From: an uncultured Acidobacteriota bacterium
GTDB taxonomy: Bacteria; Acidobacteriota; Terriglobia; Acidiferrales; UBA7541
Direction of reading: 5' to 3'
Length of the DNA stretch: 64,000 nt
Assembly (NCBI GenBank): GCA_963846235.1
Contig: CAWJVF010000003.1
Location: 205,372 to 269,371 of the forward strand
Under the pieces are notes generated by a model, which made no database searches, was not told the DNA's origin, and saw only the letters and a program-made list of their open reading frames with translations. Below, piece by piece: positions 37,981-47,404 of the stretch (positions are counted from its first letter, which is position 1; each line of letters begins with the position of its first letter). The position numbers were made by a program, and so were the translations under genes.

Positions 37981-38108
37981 TGGATTATCTGCTTTTCATC
38001 GCGGATTAACTGCTTCTTCCAGTTACTTCCAGTTGGTTATCCCTCTATCATGGATTATCTGCTTTTCATTGCGGATTAACTGCTTCCACTTAGTTATCCC
38101 TCTATCAA
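37981..38108. repeat. two tandem units (70 and 58 bp)
   Basis: TGGATTATCTGCTTTTCAT(C/T)GCGGATTAACTGCTTC...GTTATCCCTCTATCA occurs twice head to tail. Unit 1 has an extra internal CTTCCAGTTA duplication. Confidence 0.8.
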
Positions 38109-38416
38109 CCAAGCCGGCGCCTGCGCATTCAACCTGATCGAAATAATCCCGCAATTTTTTGCCCGAGCGCGTTATCCGGTCTATTTGGGGCCGTTTTGCC
38201 GTCGGGCGGATCGACTGGGGGGTATGTCTAGCTTCCCTGCTTAATGCCTCCAGCAAGCTGGAAAGAGGACTGGTATGGGTTTAACGAATTAGACCGTACT
38301 TATTGTGATACGGAAACTTTCTGGATGAGTATTTGTGACACAGAAAGGTGCTGGCACGTCTTCAAAATTCAACTGGTTCTTGAATGGCAAATAGCCCTGA
38401 AAACAGGCTCGTCGAA

Positions 38417-39022
38417 TCAGGCGTTTACAGCCTCTGGGAAATGAGGTTTTTTGAACGCTGCCGCATGGACCGTGCCGACCGAGATGCCGAGGGTCTGGGC
38501 AATGGCTTTGTAGGACAGCCCCTGCTTACGCAGGGAGCCTATCTGGGCGACGTTTACAGCGGCTTTTGGTCTGCCTAACCGGCGACCCTTCGCCTTGGCG
38601 TTGCGCAGCCCTGCCCGAATGCGTTCTCGGGTCAATTCACGTTCCATTTGACCCACGGCTCCAAGGATCGTGAACACCATCTTTCCGACTGGGGTGCTGG
38701 TGTCGATGGATTCGGTAAGGCTAATGAACTCGATCCCGAGGGATTGGAATGTTTCCAACGCTCGCAACAGATGAGATGTTGAACGTGCGAACCTGTCAAA
38801 CTTCCAGACCGCGACCGCATCAAAGCGGCGTTTGTGAGCGTCAGCCATTAGACGGTTTAATTCGGGTCGGCTGTCTTTTGAGCCGCTGATGCCATTGTCA
38901 ACATATTCGCTAACGATTTCCCAGCCACGACGCTGAAAATGTTCTCGGAGTTCACGCAATTGGAGTTCGCTGTCCTGACCGTGATTGCTGGTGCTGATTC
39001 TGGCGTACAAAGCAGTTCGCAT
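38417..39022 (-). CDS. small serine recombinase (resolvase/invertase family) with C-terminal HTH
   Basis: ALYARISTSNHGQDSELQ (catalytic Ser context), FDAVAVWKFDRFARS, C-terminal GLSYKAIAQTLGISVGTV. The track start at 39028 is a GTG. ATG at 39022 used here. Confidence 0.85.
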   Translation of the reverse strand: MRTALYARISTSNHGQDSELQLRELREHFQRRGWEIVSEYVDNGISGSKDSRPELNRLMADAHKRRFDAVAVWKFDRFARSTSHLLRALETFQSLGIEFISLTESIDTSTPVGKMVFTILGAVGQMERELTRERIRAGLRNAKAKGRRLGRPKAAVNVAQIGSLRKQGLSYKAIAQTLGISVGTVHAAAFKKPHFPEAVNA

Positions 39023-39024
39023 GG

Positions 39025-39186
39025 TCACCTCAGGCCGAGTTTCAGCCGGATGTAATCGCTGACGGACATCTTGACTTCGCGGGCAGCCCGCTCAAGCGCC
39101 TTACGGTCAGCAGGCTTCAGCCGCAGTATAACGAAACGGCTCTGCCGCTCAGTTGCCTTTATTGACGGTCTTCCCATCTTCGCCAT
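39025..39186 (-). CDS. ribbon-helix-helix (CopG/MobC-like) small DNA-binding protein
   Basis: Below the track size cutoff. My translation is MAKMGRPSIKATERQSRFVILRLKPADRKALERAAREVKMSVSDYIRLKLGLR, a typical RHH strand-helix-helix pattern. The stop codon abuts the recombinase start. Confidence 0.55.
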   Translation of the reverse strand: MAKMGRPSIKATERQSRFVILRLKPADRKALERAAREVKMSVSDYIRLKLGLR

Positions 39187-39194
39187 AGACTTAG

Positions 39195-39239
39195 TGTGTT
39201 ACACAAAACAGTGTATTGTCAAGAATAATGTGTAACACA
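39195..39239. promoter_or_regulatory. paired palindromic operator-like sites upstream of the RHH-recombinase operon
   Basis: TGTGTTACACA at 39195-39205 and its complement TGTGTAACACA at 39229-39239, 34 bp centre to centre, 9 nt upstream of the RHH start codon. Confidence 0.45.
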
Positions 39240-39319
39240 TCAAGTCGCGTCTTCACGCATTCGAAAGCGTTACCGATTTCGGCCGCACGCTGGCGAGATC
39301 GCGAGCAACTTTCGCAAAG

Positions 39320-39658
39320 CTAATCAGCAATAGAGAAAGGAATAAGCATTCTTTTTGGTGAATGATCGACCGGGGGTAGAACCCCCATCGATCCGCCGCA
39401 GCTTGAAGGGCCTAGGCCGTGTGGCCATTCATCCGTCTTGATCTTGCGGGTGATTTTCATTTGCGTGAGGTGCACCACTGCAATTTCTCCGTCCGCCGTA
39501 GTATCGACTACGCCGATTTTGCCGTTTGACGCTACCGTCATATTCAACGGGAAGTGACCGACGGCCAGCGTCGGGCCCGGCTTCAGAAAAATCAGTTGCA
39601 CGAAAGTAGCAACAAATCGAGAGCACTGCACACTTGCAAGTTGGCCAGTTTTTGACAC
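39320..39658 (-). pseudogene. possible remnant of a beta-propeller (YncE-like repeat) gene
   Basis: Only about one blade-like segment (NGKIGVVDTTADGEIAVVHL..., WPHGL). No plausible N-terminus or C-terminus. Weak call. Confidence 0.2.
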
Positions 39659-39791
39659 TTTCCGGAAAGCAACTGCCTGAGCTTTCGCTCAGATAGGGAC
39701 AGTCTTATCACATCCGACCCACGGCCTCGCGGCGGCTTGCCTCTCCATACTACTAAATCATCGTATGTGATAAGGTATCGCCAACCTTAAC

Positions 39792-42700
39792 ATGAAAACC
39801 GTTTGCTCGAATATTGCGGCTATAATCGCGATATTGGTCTTGCCGACCCTCGCCCGAGCGGCAGATCCGTGGGACATTCCCTTCTCCGCCGACTCAAAAG
39901 CGATTGTCGAGGCTGCACAGAAGGTTGTAGTTCCAGCGGACCAGGAACTCGTCATCTTACTCGATCAGCACGAATACAAGATCGATGAGGTTGGACGGAC
40001 TCTTTCGACGTCTCGCAGAATCTTCCGCATTCTCAAACAAGATGCGCTCGAAGACTGGTCGTCTGTAGAGCAGGAATATCACCCCTGGTATGAATCCAGA
40101 CCTGAGTTTCGCGCTCGTGTTATTGATGTAGATGGAGGCGTGCACTGGTTAGATCCGAAAACGATTGCAGACAACTCCGCAAATGAAGACGACCCTACTA
40201 TTTTTTCGGATAGCCGCATTTTACGTGCGCCATTGCCGTCCATGGCTCCAGGTGTAGTTGTCGAGTACGAAATCGTACTGCGCGAAACGGCACCGCTCTT
40301 TGACGCTGGCGTAACTCGCCGAATCAATATCTTCAATGGCATTCCGATTCACACGTTTCGACTCTCGATTGAAGCTAACAAGAACACTAGTCTCAGAATC
40401 GCGAGCCAACTCATTCCGGAAGCTGCAATTCGTCGAGAAAGCATAGACGGCCTAACGCGCATCACTTGCGAACTCGGTCCGCTGGATGCACTAAAGACAT
40501 TTGAATCGAACTTGCCGCCGGATATGTCGGCGTTTCCATATGTCTCGTTCTCAACAGGAAATTCATGGCAAGCGATCGCGGCGCGTTACGAGTCCATTGT
40601 GGATCGGCAGATTCAATCGGCCGATCTTAAGCCCACGCTTGAAGGACTGGATCTCAAAGCCACTCCTCAGATGATTGCGGCGGGAATTGCCGCCAAGCTT
40701 CACCGTCAGGTTCGATACACAGGAGTCGAGTTTGGCGAGGCTGAAATCATCCCCAGAACTCCCGATGAGACACTTAAAAGAGCTTATGGAGATTGCAAGG
40801 ATAAGGCTGCGCTCATGGTGGCGATGTTGCGCGCAGCTGGGCTGAAAGCCTATGTGGCCATTCTTCACCCAGGATTTGGTACGGATGTTGACCAGGATCT
40901 TCCTGGGCTGGGCGTATTCGATCACGCGATCGTGTACGTCGATGGCAATGATCCAATGTGGATCGATGCGACGGCCGATCAGATACGCGTCGGCGATTTG
41001 CCAATTGCCGACCAGGGGCGGCTCGCGTTAATCGCTAGCCGAACGTCAACAGCCCTTGTCCATACACCCGAATCGCAGTCGAGTGCAAATGTGCGGACTC
41101 ATACCATTGAGATCCACATGAGCGATTTGGGCCCGGCGAATATTACCGAGACCATTACGGCTCATGGTTCGATGGAAGCGCGAATGCGGAGTCTGTACGA
41201 CGGTGCAAACCAGGAGAAGACCAAGGAGGCATTAGAGCGCTACGTCAAGAACGACTATTTGGCGAAGTCCCTTGGAAAGTTTGATGTAAGTAAGAAAGAC
41301 GATTTAACCGAACCGTTCCACCTGAAGGTTGAGGCAGTGGAAGCAAGACGTTCTCTGACTGAAATCGACGACGCTGTTGCAGTTTTGAATCCTAACCTGA
41401 TCTTTCGTGATCTGCCGTACGAACTGAGGGAAGCCCTACAGGTTCAGACGACTCAAGACAACACTGAACGCCGACACGATTTCATTTTCCCTGAAGAGTA
41501 TCAAGTTGAGTATGACTATAAGATTTTCCCGCCCTCGCTCTTCGGAGCAAAAAGTCTGCCTCCATCTGTCAATACGAAGCTCGGCTCCACGGGAGAGTTC
41601 ACAGCTAAGTACACAAACAATTCGGACGGAACCATTGAGGCTGTATTTCGTTTAGATACGGGTAAGCGGCGGCTTACGCCCCAGGAGTTTGAGTCATTTC
41701 GCCAAACAGTAAGGGAACATGACAGCCAGATTCCGGAATTAATAACGTTTGTGTCCCAGGCAAGCGAGTACGTCGCACTCGGAGAGATCGACAAAGCTCT
41801 GAAACTAGTTCGCGAGAACGCATCAAAGCATCCCGACAACGAGGCAGCACAAGTAAGGCTTTCGCGAATGCTTGTAACGGCCGGATCCGTGGACGCCGCA
41901 AGAGTACTCTCGAAAACACTCATCGAGCGAGATCCCAATTCGGCGGAAGCGTGGCGATCACAAGGTTCGGCATTCGAACACGACAGTTTCGGTCGTGCAT
42001 TCGCGGGGAACTGGAGTCTCGCGGACGCCGAGAAATCATATCGCGAGGCGGTCAGACTTGCGCCGGAAGATTTCGTAATGGAAGTGGAACTCGCTACCTT
42101 GTTAGAACACAATTCTCGCGGGCAACTATTTGGTAATGGAGCACAGCTTGATGAGGCTATCAGCGTGTTTCGTAACGTCCTGAAGACCACGCCAGAATCG
42201 TCGATACGCCAGAATCTTGCAGTGGCGCTCCTCTATGCCGGCCGTTATTCAGAGGCCAAGGAAGAAATCAAACGGCTTCCGGCATCAGTACCGCAAGCAG
42301 CGCTGTCCGCATTCGTTTCTGCAGCTACTGAGAATCCCGCACGAGCAATCATAGAAACGCAAAGCACATTTCCAGATGACCAGACGCGTGCAGCCATTCT
42401 TTCGAATGCGGCACTGTTGCTCCTGGCAGCTCGTCAATACGATCGTGCCACTGAACTCGTGGGAGCAGTCGTCCGTCTGACGAACGTTCCTGGCGTCCGG
42501 ACGCAAGTCGAGATGCTCAGCAAGTTGAAGCGGCATGAAGATCTACTTCTTCCGTCAACCGACCCTCGATATCCCGTGCAGCAGATGGTTTTAGAAGTGG
42601 TTTCCGATCAGCCTGACGTAGCTAGGTTGAAGGCGTTTTTCACCAAACGGCAGGACTGGACGACTTGGAATGCCAAGCTGATGAAATTGAAACAACAGGT

Positions 42701-43898
42701 AGCAGGTATCCGTACTGTGGCTGCCGGGCTGGGACTTCAGCAAGAAGGCGTCGTGGATTTAGCGATTAGCTTCCTGGATTTGACGAAGATAGGCGATGAG
42801 GATCGAGGATACCGAATCACTGGAAAGTTTTTTGCGAAAGAAGGATTCAGTCCGAGGTATGTAATTCGTGAAGACGGCGAGTACAAGATACTCGGTTCAG
42901 CCGATAGCGTTGAAAATATCGGAAGTTTAGTGCTTGAACTTCTCGCAAAGAAGGACATCTCCTCAGCGCAATGGTGGCTTGACACGGTTGTTCCGGACTT
43001 GCAGCCGGATTCTGAATATGAGAGAGGAGGTCCGGCGGCTCGTTTCCTTTGGGCAGGAAGGACTACAGAGATGCGCGGCCCTGCGATGATCGAGATTGCG
43101 GCGGCTAGCCTGATCGGGCGTGATTCTGCATCTCAGAGAGCTATACAGATCCTCACCCGTGCCCATTCTGCTCCAAGAAATCAGGCGATTGATGAACAGA
43201 TTGACCTTGCATTGTGTGAGAGTCTCGAAAAAGCGCAGAAATGGGATGAACTGCTGATCGTGGCGAAGCGGCGTGCCACCGTACCAATGTTTGCAGCCGA
43301 TAGTTTTCCGTTTTACGCAACTGCCTATTCCCATCTGGGTCGCTGGAGGGAATTGCAGGACGAAGCACAGCGCCGTTTGGGTAATACAAACAGTCGTAGC
43401 GCGCTGAGAATCATGGCGACGAGCATGGCTCAAACCGGAAATCGAGCCGGAGAGATTCAGTACCTGAAGAAGTTGGCAGATGACCCATTCGTCGGAGAGG
43501 ATGATGCGCAATTTGTTATTTGGCGTCACATGTTACTCGGGGATGTCGATATGGATCTCTTGACCAAGTTCGATGCCTACCGCAAGAATCACCCCGAAGA
43601 CGACGCGAACTATTGGTACACCGTTGGTATGCTCCAGGTGTCCTTGCATAGAGCCGATGACGCGAAGCGTTCTCTCGCTTCGGCCCTCGACCGCGACGAT
43701 TACGCCGCGCTCGATGCTCGGCCGTGGATCCTGCTCGGAAAAATCTACGATGAGTATGGCGAAGCAGACGCAGCAAGAAACGCCTATCAAAAAGCACGAT
43801 CCAGTCCTCACACGGAGGAAACGGCGAACTGGGCTCTCTCATTGATCTCAACGGAGAAAGAGAAAACAAACACGGCTACCGGCGCGACCGGTCGGTGA
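39792..43898 (+). CDS. exported giant transglutaminase-like protein (DUF3857-like N-terminal region, transglutaminase core, TPR-rich C-terminal half)
   Basis: Signal peptide. Catalytic Cys context YGDCKDKAALMVAMLRAAG, then FDHAIVYV and WIDAT. The C-terminal 700 aa is TPR-like. Confidence 0.85.
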   Translation: MKTVCSNIAAIIAILVLPTLARAADPWDIPFSADSKAIVEAAQKVVVPADQELVILLDQHEYKIDEVGRTLSTSRRIFRILKQDALEDWSSVEQEYHPWYESRPEFRARVIDVDGGVHWLDPKTIADNSANEDDPTIFSDSRILRAPLPSMAPGVVVEYEIVLRETAPLFDAGVTRRINIFNGIPIHTFRLSIEANKNTSLRIASQLIPEAAIRRESIDGLTRITCELGPLDALKTFESNLPPDMSAFPYVSFSTGNSWQAIAARYESIVDRQIQSADLKPTLEGLDLKATPQMIAAGIAAKLHRQVRYTGVEFGEAEIIPRTPDETLKRAYGDCKDKAALMVAMLRAAGLKAYVAILHPGFGTDVDQDLPGLGVFDHAIVYVDGNDPMWIDATADQIRVGDLPIADQGRLALIASRTSTALVHTPESQSSANVRTHTIEIHMSDLGPANITETITAHGSMEARMRSLYDGANQEKTKEALERYVKNDYLAKSLGKFDVSKKDDLTEPFHLKVEAVEARRSLTEIDDAVAVLNPNLIFRDLPYELREALQVQTTQDNTERRHDFIFPEEYQVEYDYKIFPPSLFGAKSLPPSVNTKLGSTGEFTAKYTNNSDGTIEAVFRLDTGKRRLTPQEFESFRQTVREHDSQIPELITFVSQASEYVALGEIDKALKLVRENASKHPDNEAAQVRLSRMLVTAGSVDAARVLSKTLIERDPNSAEAWRSQGSAFEHDSFGRAFAGNWSLADAEKSYREAVRLAPEDFVMEVELATLLEHNSRGQLFGNGAQLDEAISVFRNVLKTTPESSIRQNLAVALLYAGRYSEAKEEIKRLPASVPQAALSAFVSAATENPARAIIETQSTFPDDQTRAAILSNAALLLLAARQYDRATELVGAVVRLTNVPGVRTQVEMLSKLKRHEDLLLPSTDPRYPVQQMVLEVVSDQPDVARLKAFFTKRQDWTTWNAKLMKLKQQVAGIRTVAAGLGLQQEGVVDLAISFLDLTKIGDEDRGYRITGKFFAKEGFSPRYVIREDGEYKILGSADSVENIGSLVLELLAKKDISSAQWWLDTVVPDLQPDSEYERGGPAARFLWAGRTTEMRGPAMIEIAAASLIGRDSASQRAIQILTRAHSAPRNQAIDEQIDLALCESLEKAQKWDELLIVAKRRATVPMFAADSFPFYATAYSHLGRWRELQDEAQRRLGNTNSRSALRIMATSMAQTGNRAGEIQYLKKLADDPFVGEDDAQFVIWRHMLLGDVDMDLLTKFDAYRKNHPEDDANYWYTVGMLQVSLHRADDAKRSLASALDRDDYAALDARPWILLGKIYDEYGEADAARNAYQKARSSPHTEETANWALSLISTEKEKTNTATGATGR

Positions 43899-43901
43899 CG
43901 A

Positions 43902-44075
43902 TTATTCCCCGCCAAACCCAATTTTCTTGCTGAGTTCCGGCGTCATCCCGCCCATCTTCTGAAATCGTTCAGTTAAGCTGTGCTGGATTTTTGCAGCTTC
44001 AGGCGTGTCGCCGAAGGGTAGGAACCGGTACCAGCGGGCAAGTTGCTCGCGGTCGGCTTTCTCGACTTGATCCAT
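43902..44075 (-). CDS. small hypothetical protein
   Basis: MDQVEKADREQLARWYRFLPFG... ORF. The longer start at 44138 would overlap the neighbouring gene. Confidence 0.4.
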   Translation of the reverse strand: MDQVEKADREQLARWYRFLPFGDTPEAAKIQHSLTERFQKMGGMTPELSKKIGFGGE

Positions 44076-44103
44076 GGTGGGGAAATAGGGGCGGTCCAGT
44101 CTC

Positions 44104-45568
44104 CTACTGCTTTCGTGGCGCGTGGTGATCGGCTCCATTCTGATGAAGGATCAACTCTATCGCTCGTCCGCTGCTATCAGTCACAAACGTAAGCTCTGCG
44201 TTGACGATTGTCGCAAAAAATTGATGATCATTCTCCGGGAATATCTCTACCGGTTTTTGCCCCGTCGCTTGGGTCATGAAGTGATCGCCGTCACGCGTAA
44301 CCGTCATGACGAAATCAGGCGCTAATTGATAAGTGCCGACATACGTATCGAAAACATTGGGATCAATCTTGCTGATGGAATACAGCCCAGGCTGGAAATC
44401 CGGCCATTTGTATTCGAACGCGATTGTACTGACAATGTCCTCGGCAAGCTGGCCCCCGCTATCGCCGTTTGTCATCACCACGGCCCCATCGCCGCTGTCA
44501 TAAGCGACGAGGTAGCATTGATAGCCCTCATTCGAGCCACCATGTGCGAATAACGGATGTTCCTTGCCGCCGACTTGTAGGCCCAAACCCCAATCGCCCA
44601 TCCCCGGAGCTAGCATTTGACGCACCATGGTAGTGGAGAGCACGTGGTTCGACTTGCCTGACAACGCGTTTTGTATCTCCAGGGCAAAGAGGGCAAGATC
44701 CGAAGCCGTAGTCCACAGGCCGGCGGGTGCCATTTCCGGATAAACATGCGGCCCGTCTGCTATCGGCAGACCGTTGCGATCGTAAGGAATTGCCACCTCC
44801 GCCATCCGGGCAGGCGGGAGCGGCTGTTCGTAGGTGCTGTTTCATGCCGATTGGATCCAGCACCAACTCATGCATGATTTGGGGGAAGGGCTTGCCAGCC
44901 ACATCTTCCAGTAACTGCTGCGTGATCACGTACCCCCCGCCAGAATATCTCCAGATAGTCGCGGGCTCTACGTCCACGCGAATCGGTGGACTATTGGCCG
45001 GCTTCTCGCCATTCAAAACTTGAACTAGTGTTGGCAGCTGCTCGCCCGAGGCATACCCGCCAAATCCATGCACGGTGGTACCAGCGGTATGGCTGAGCAA
45101 CTCACGGAGCGTTACCTTTTTCTTGTCAGTAAATTCGTTCTCCGGCACCTTCCAGGTTTTGAGATATTCATTCACATCGTGATCAAGGTTGAGCTTTCCA
45201 GATTCGACCAGACGTAGCACAGCCATTGCCGTTACAGGCTTGCTGATTGAAGCCGCTTGAAAGAGAGTCTCGGAGGTAACTGCCGCTCCTCCGGCCTTTG
45301 TTACACCGAAGCCCTGAGCGCGTTCAATTTTCCCTTGATGAATCACAGCAACGCTTGCACCTGGAACGTGCAGTTCCTGCATCCGATCTGCGAGTTTCCT
45401 TGTTTGGCTCGACAGACTTCGGCCATTAATGAGCACAGGTGGCAGGAGGCTATCCTGGATGCGCTGTTCAATCGTGGTGTGTGTGTCGGTGATCTGAGCC
45501 GCGAACAAACCCGTTGCGATGAAGGCAACAACAGGGGCGGAAACCAAGGCTGTACGGGAGGAGGACAT
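44104..45568 (-). pseudogene. beta-lactamase-family serine hydrolase with C-terminal extra domain, frameshift near 44838-44842
   Basis: Signal peptide, SxxK as ASISKPV and HGG triad element. The frame breaks right after PIGMK at an AAA run and resumes as STYEQPLPPARMAEVAIPY. AGGAG precedes the ATG at 45568. Confidence 0.8.
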
Positions 45569-45669
45569 TTGGCGCTCCTTTGATTGATCGGAGTGGCCCT
45601 TATTTGTCCGGTCGTAATGATAGCTCAGATTGACTGTCGTTTTAGCACGCCACACGAGCAATGCGCCTT

Positions 45670-47063
45670 TCAGTTCCTTTTGGGAGCCAACAGTTCCAAA
45701 GCTTTGTCGAGAGCGGAATCGCGTCCGTTCGTAAGGTCCTCAGCGGTAAAGGTAGGAACCTCGATATCTGACGGTACACCGGTTACGTCAAAAGCTTTGC
45801 CGTCCTTGGTTAGATAAATCTCATTCGGAAGCCCAAATCTCCATCCATTGGGCAGGTGGCGAACCAGAATGTCCGAGAAAACGCCCTGAGTGCTCGTGCC
45901 GATGCGCGTGACGTGGGGGTCTCGGCCGATAAGAGCCATGGCGAACGTTTCCGCTCCGCTGTTACTATCCCCGCTGGTCAGTAGAGCCACTGGCCCATGA
46001 AAACTTGGCCGCGAACTCACCGGGACCATAATCTGCTGAGGAGCGGTTCGATGGTTCGGGTCGTGAATATCCTTGCGGATAACTTTGGAATAGGCGAGGT
46101 ATTCGCGTGTCGCCAAGCGCGACGCAATCTCAACTCCAAACGGATCGAACCCACCCGGATTGATGCGCACGTCGATCACCAGCCCAGCCAGCCTGGCGGA
46201 ACCTTTAAAAATATCGTCTAGAGCCTCTTCAAGTGCCTTGAATTGCTGAACGAAATCTTCCGTATTGGAATACTCCGCAAAAGAATTAATTCGCAGGTAA
46301 CCGACAGACGTTGTATTCCCTCCGGGAAGCGAACGCAAAAATCCGAATTGCATCTTTTTATTACAATAGCCGCGCAAGCCGCCACTTATGTATTCGGTAT
46401 CGATAATCTCGTAGATCCGCGGCCGATTTTTTCTTTGCCTGGGATCGGCGGAAGGTCGGTAGCCCTCGAATCGGCGTTTGAGAGACGGCGCGGTAAGCGT
46501 CGTGTGTGCGTCATGCAATGGCTCGATCAATCCAGTCAGAAGGCCGAAAAGCTCTTCTGGTTTTGTCTCGGGTGTCACCTGTGGTCGAAATCGCTTGTCT
46601 ACTGCATGCCAGTCCATTTTGTGCAAAGCAAAAAAGGGATATTGCTCAGCGTAGCTTTCCCAGAAAATCTCATAATTGGTAAGGGGAGTATCTGCCGGCG
46701 TTTGCCTGCACGGTTGTGGGCGCGCCTTTGTGCGGCGTAAGAAACGTTGGAAATGCTTCCGTCATCATGGAGCCACCGCGTGTCGGCGGAATTCGCTGGA
46801 GAGATGCGCACGGTATCGCCAGCGCCGGAAAAAGCGATTTCGTTTGCCGATCCGCCGTCAGGCTTGCGAGTCTCCTGTGTTGCCAATATGCAACTCACGC
46901 TTGTAACTTCATAGATGCGCAGGTGATCTCCTTGAACCTCCAACAGCTCTCCATAGCCATCAGTGAGCCACAGGCCATCAAGAGATTGTGCGGCAGGACG
47001 GGTCTGCGCTAAGGCACCGGCTGTAACCAGCGCCAAAAGGGAGAGCAAGGATTCGTGAAGCAT
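45670..47063 (-). pseudogene. S41 family (tail-specific-type) peptidase, frameshift near 46722-46735
   Basis: Signal peptide MLHESLLSLLALVTAGALA. The N-terminal frame ends at ..SNVSYAAQ. The other frame continues RPQPCRQTPADTPLTNYEIFWESYAEQYPFF. Nucleophile context GDSNSGAETFA. Confidence 0.75.
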
Positions 47064-47404
47064 GATTCCTCCCACGATTCACCATATGGGAGGCTCAGAT
47101 GGCTTAAGCGGACGTTAAGACAACTGAGGATGAAATCGGCGCACTACCCGTTTGTGGGCGCAACGGGCAGCCGCATTTTAAGGATGAGTATAGGCAGAAG
47201 ATGGCGGAGCGGTGGGATTCACACTGTTGTAGATAGCTGTTGGTGGCTATTTAGAGCTGTCGAGAACCCAGCTAACATCAGTCGCTTGCGAGGATGTGAA
47301 AGTTTGGCAGTGTTCATACGGGTCAGAACGGCCTCCAAACCTGCTACTCCGTAGCTAAAAACAGCTAAGTAACACGCTGCTCCGGCGTATCGTCGATGAA
47401 TAGT

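Noticed and set aside
37981-38108. Possible CRISPR array
   Set aside because: There are only two directly abutting units, with no unique spacers and no cas genes in the window.
38023-38256. 77-aa ORF with the repeated peptide DRGITKWKQLIRNEKQIIHDRGITNWK
   Set aside because: The peptide repeat is simply the translation of the 70/58-bp tandem DNA repeat. It is more likely a non-coding site than a gene.
38417-39022. Serine recombinase as the integrase of the cassette array
   Set aside because: Integron integrases are tyrosine recombinases. This gene is a small resolvase/invertase type, lies 11 kb from the first repeat, and belongs to the plasmid-like element.
47125-47170. Possible tenth, degenerate copy of the cassette repeat (GAAATCGGCGCACTACCCGTTTGTGGGCGC)
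   Set aside because: It shares only CCCGTTTnTnGG and a GAAATCG..GCGCAC string with copies B and F. It lacks the CCGANAAT block and a left arm, so it is too weak to call by eye. Worth re-testing with a profile.
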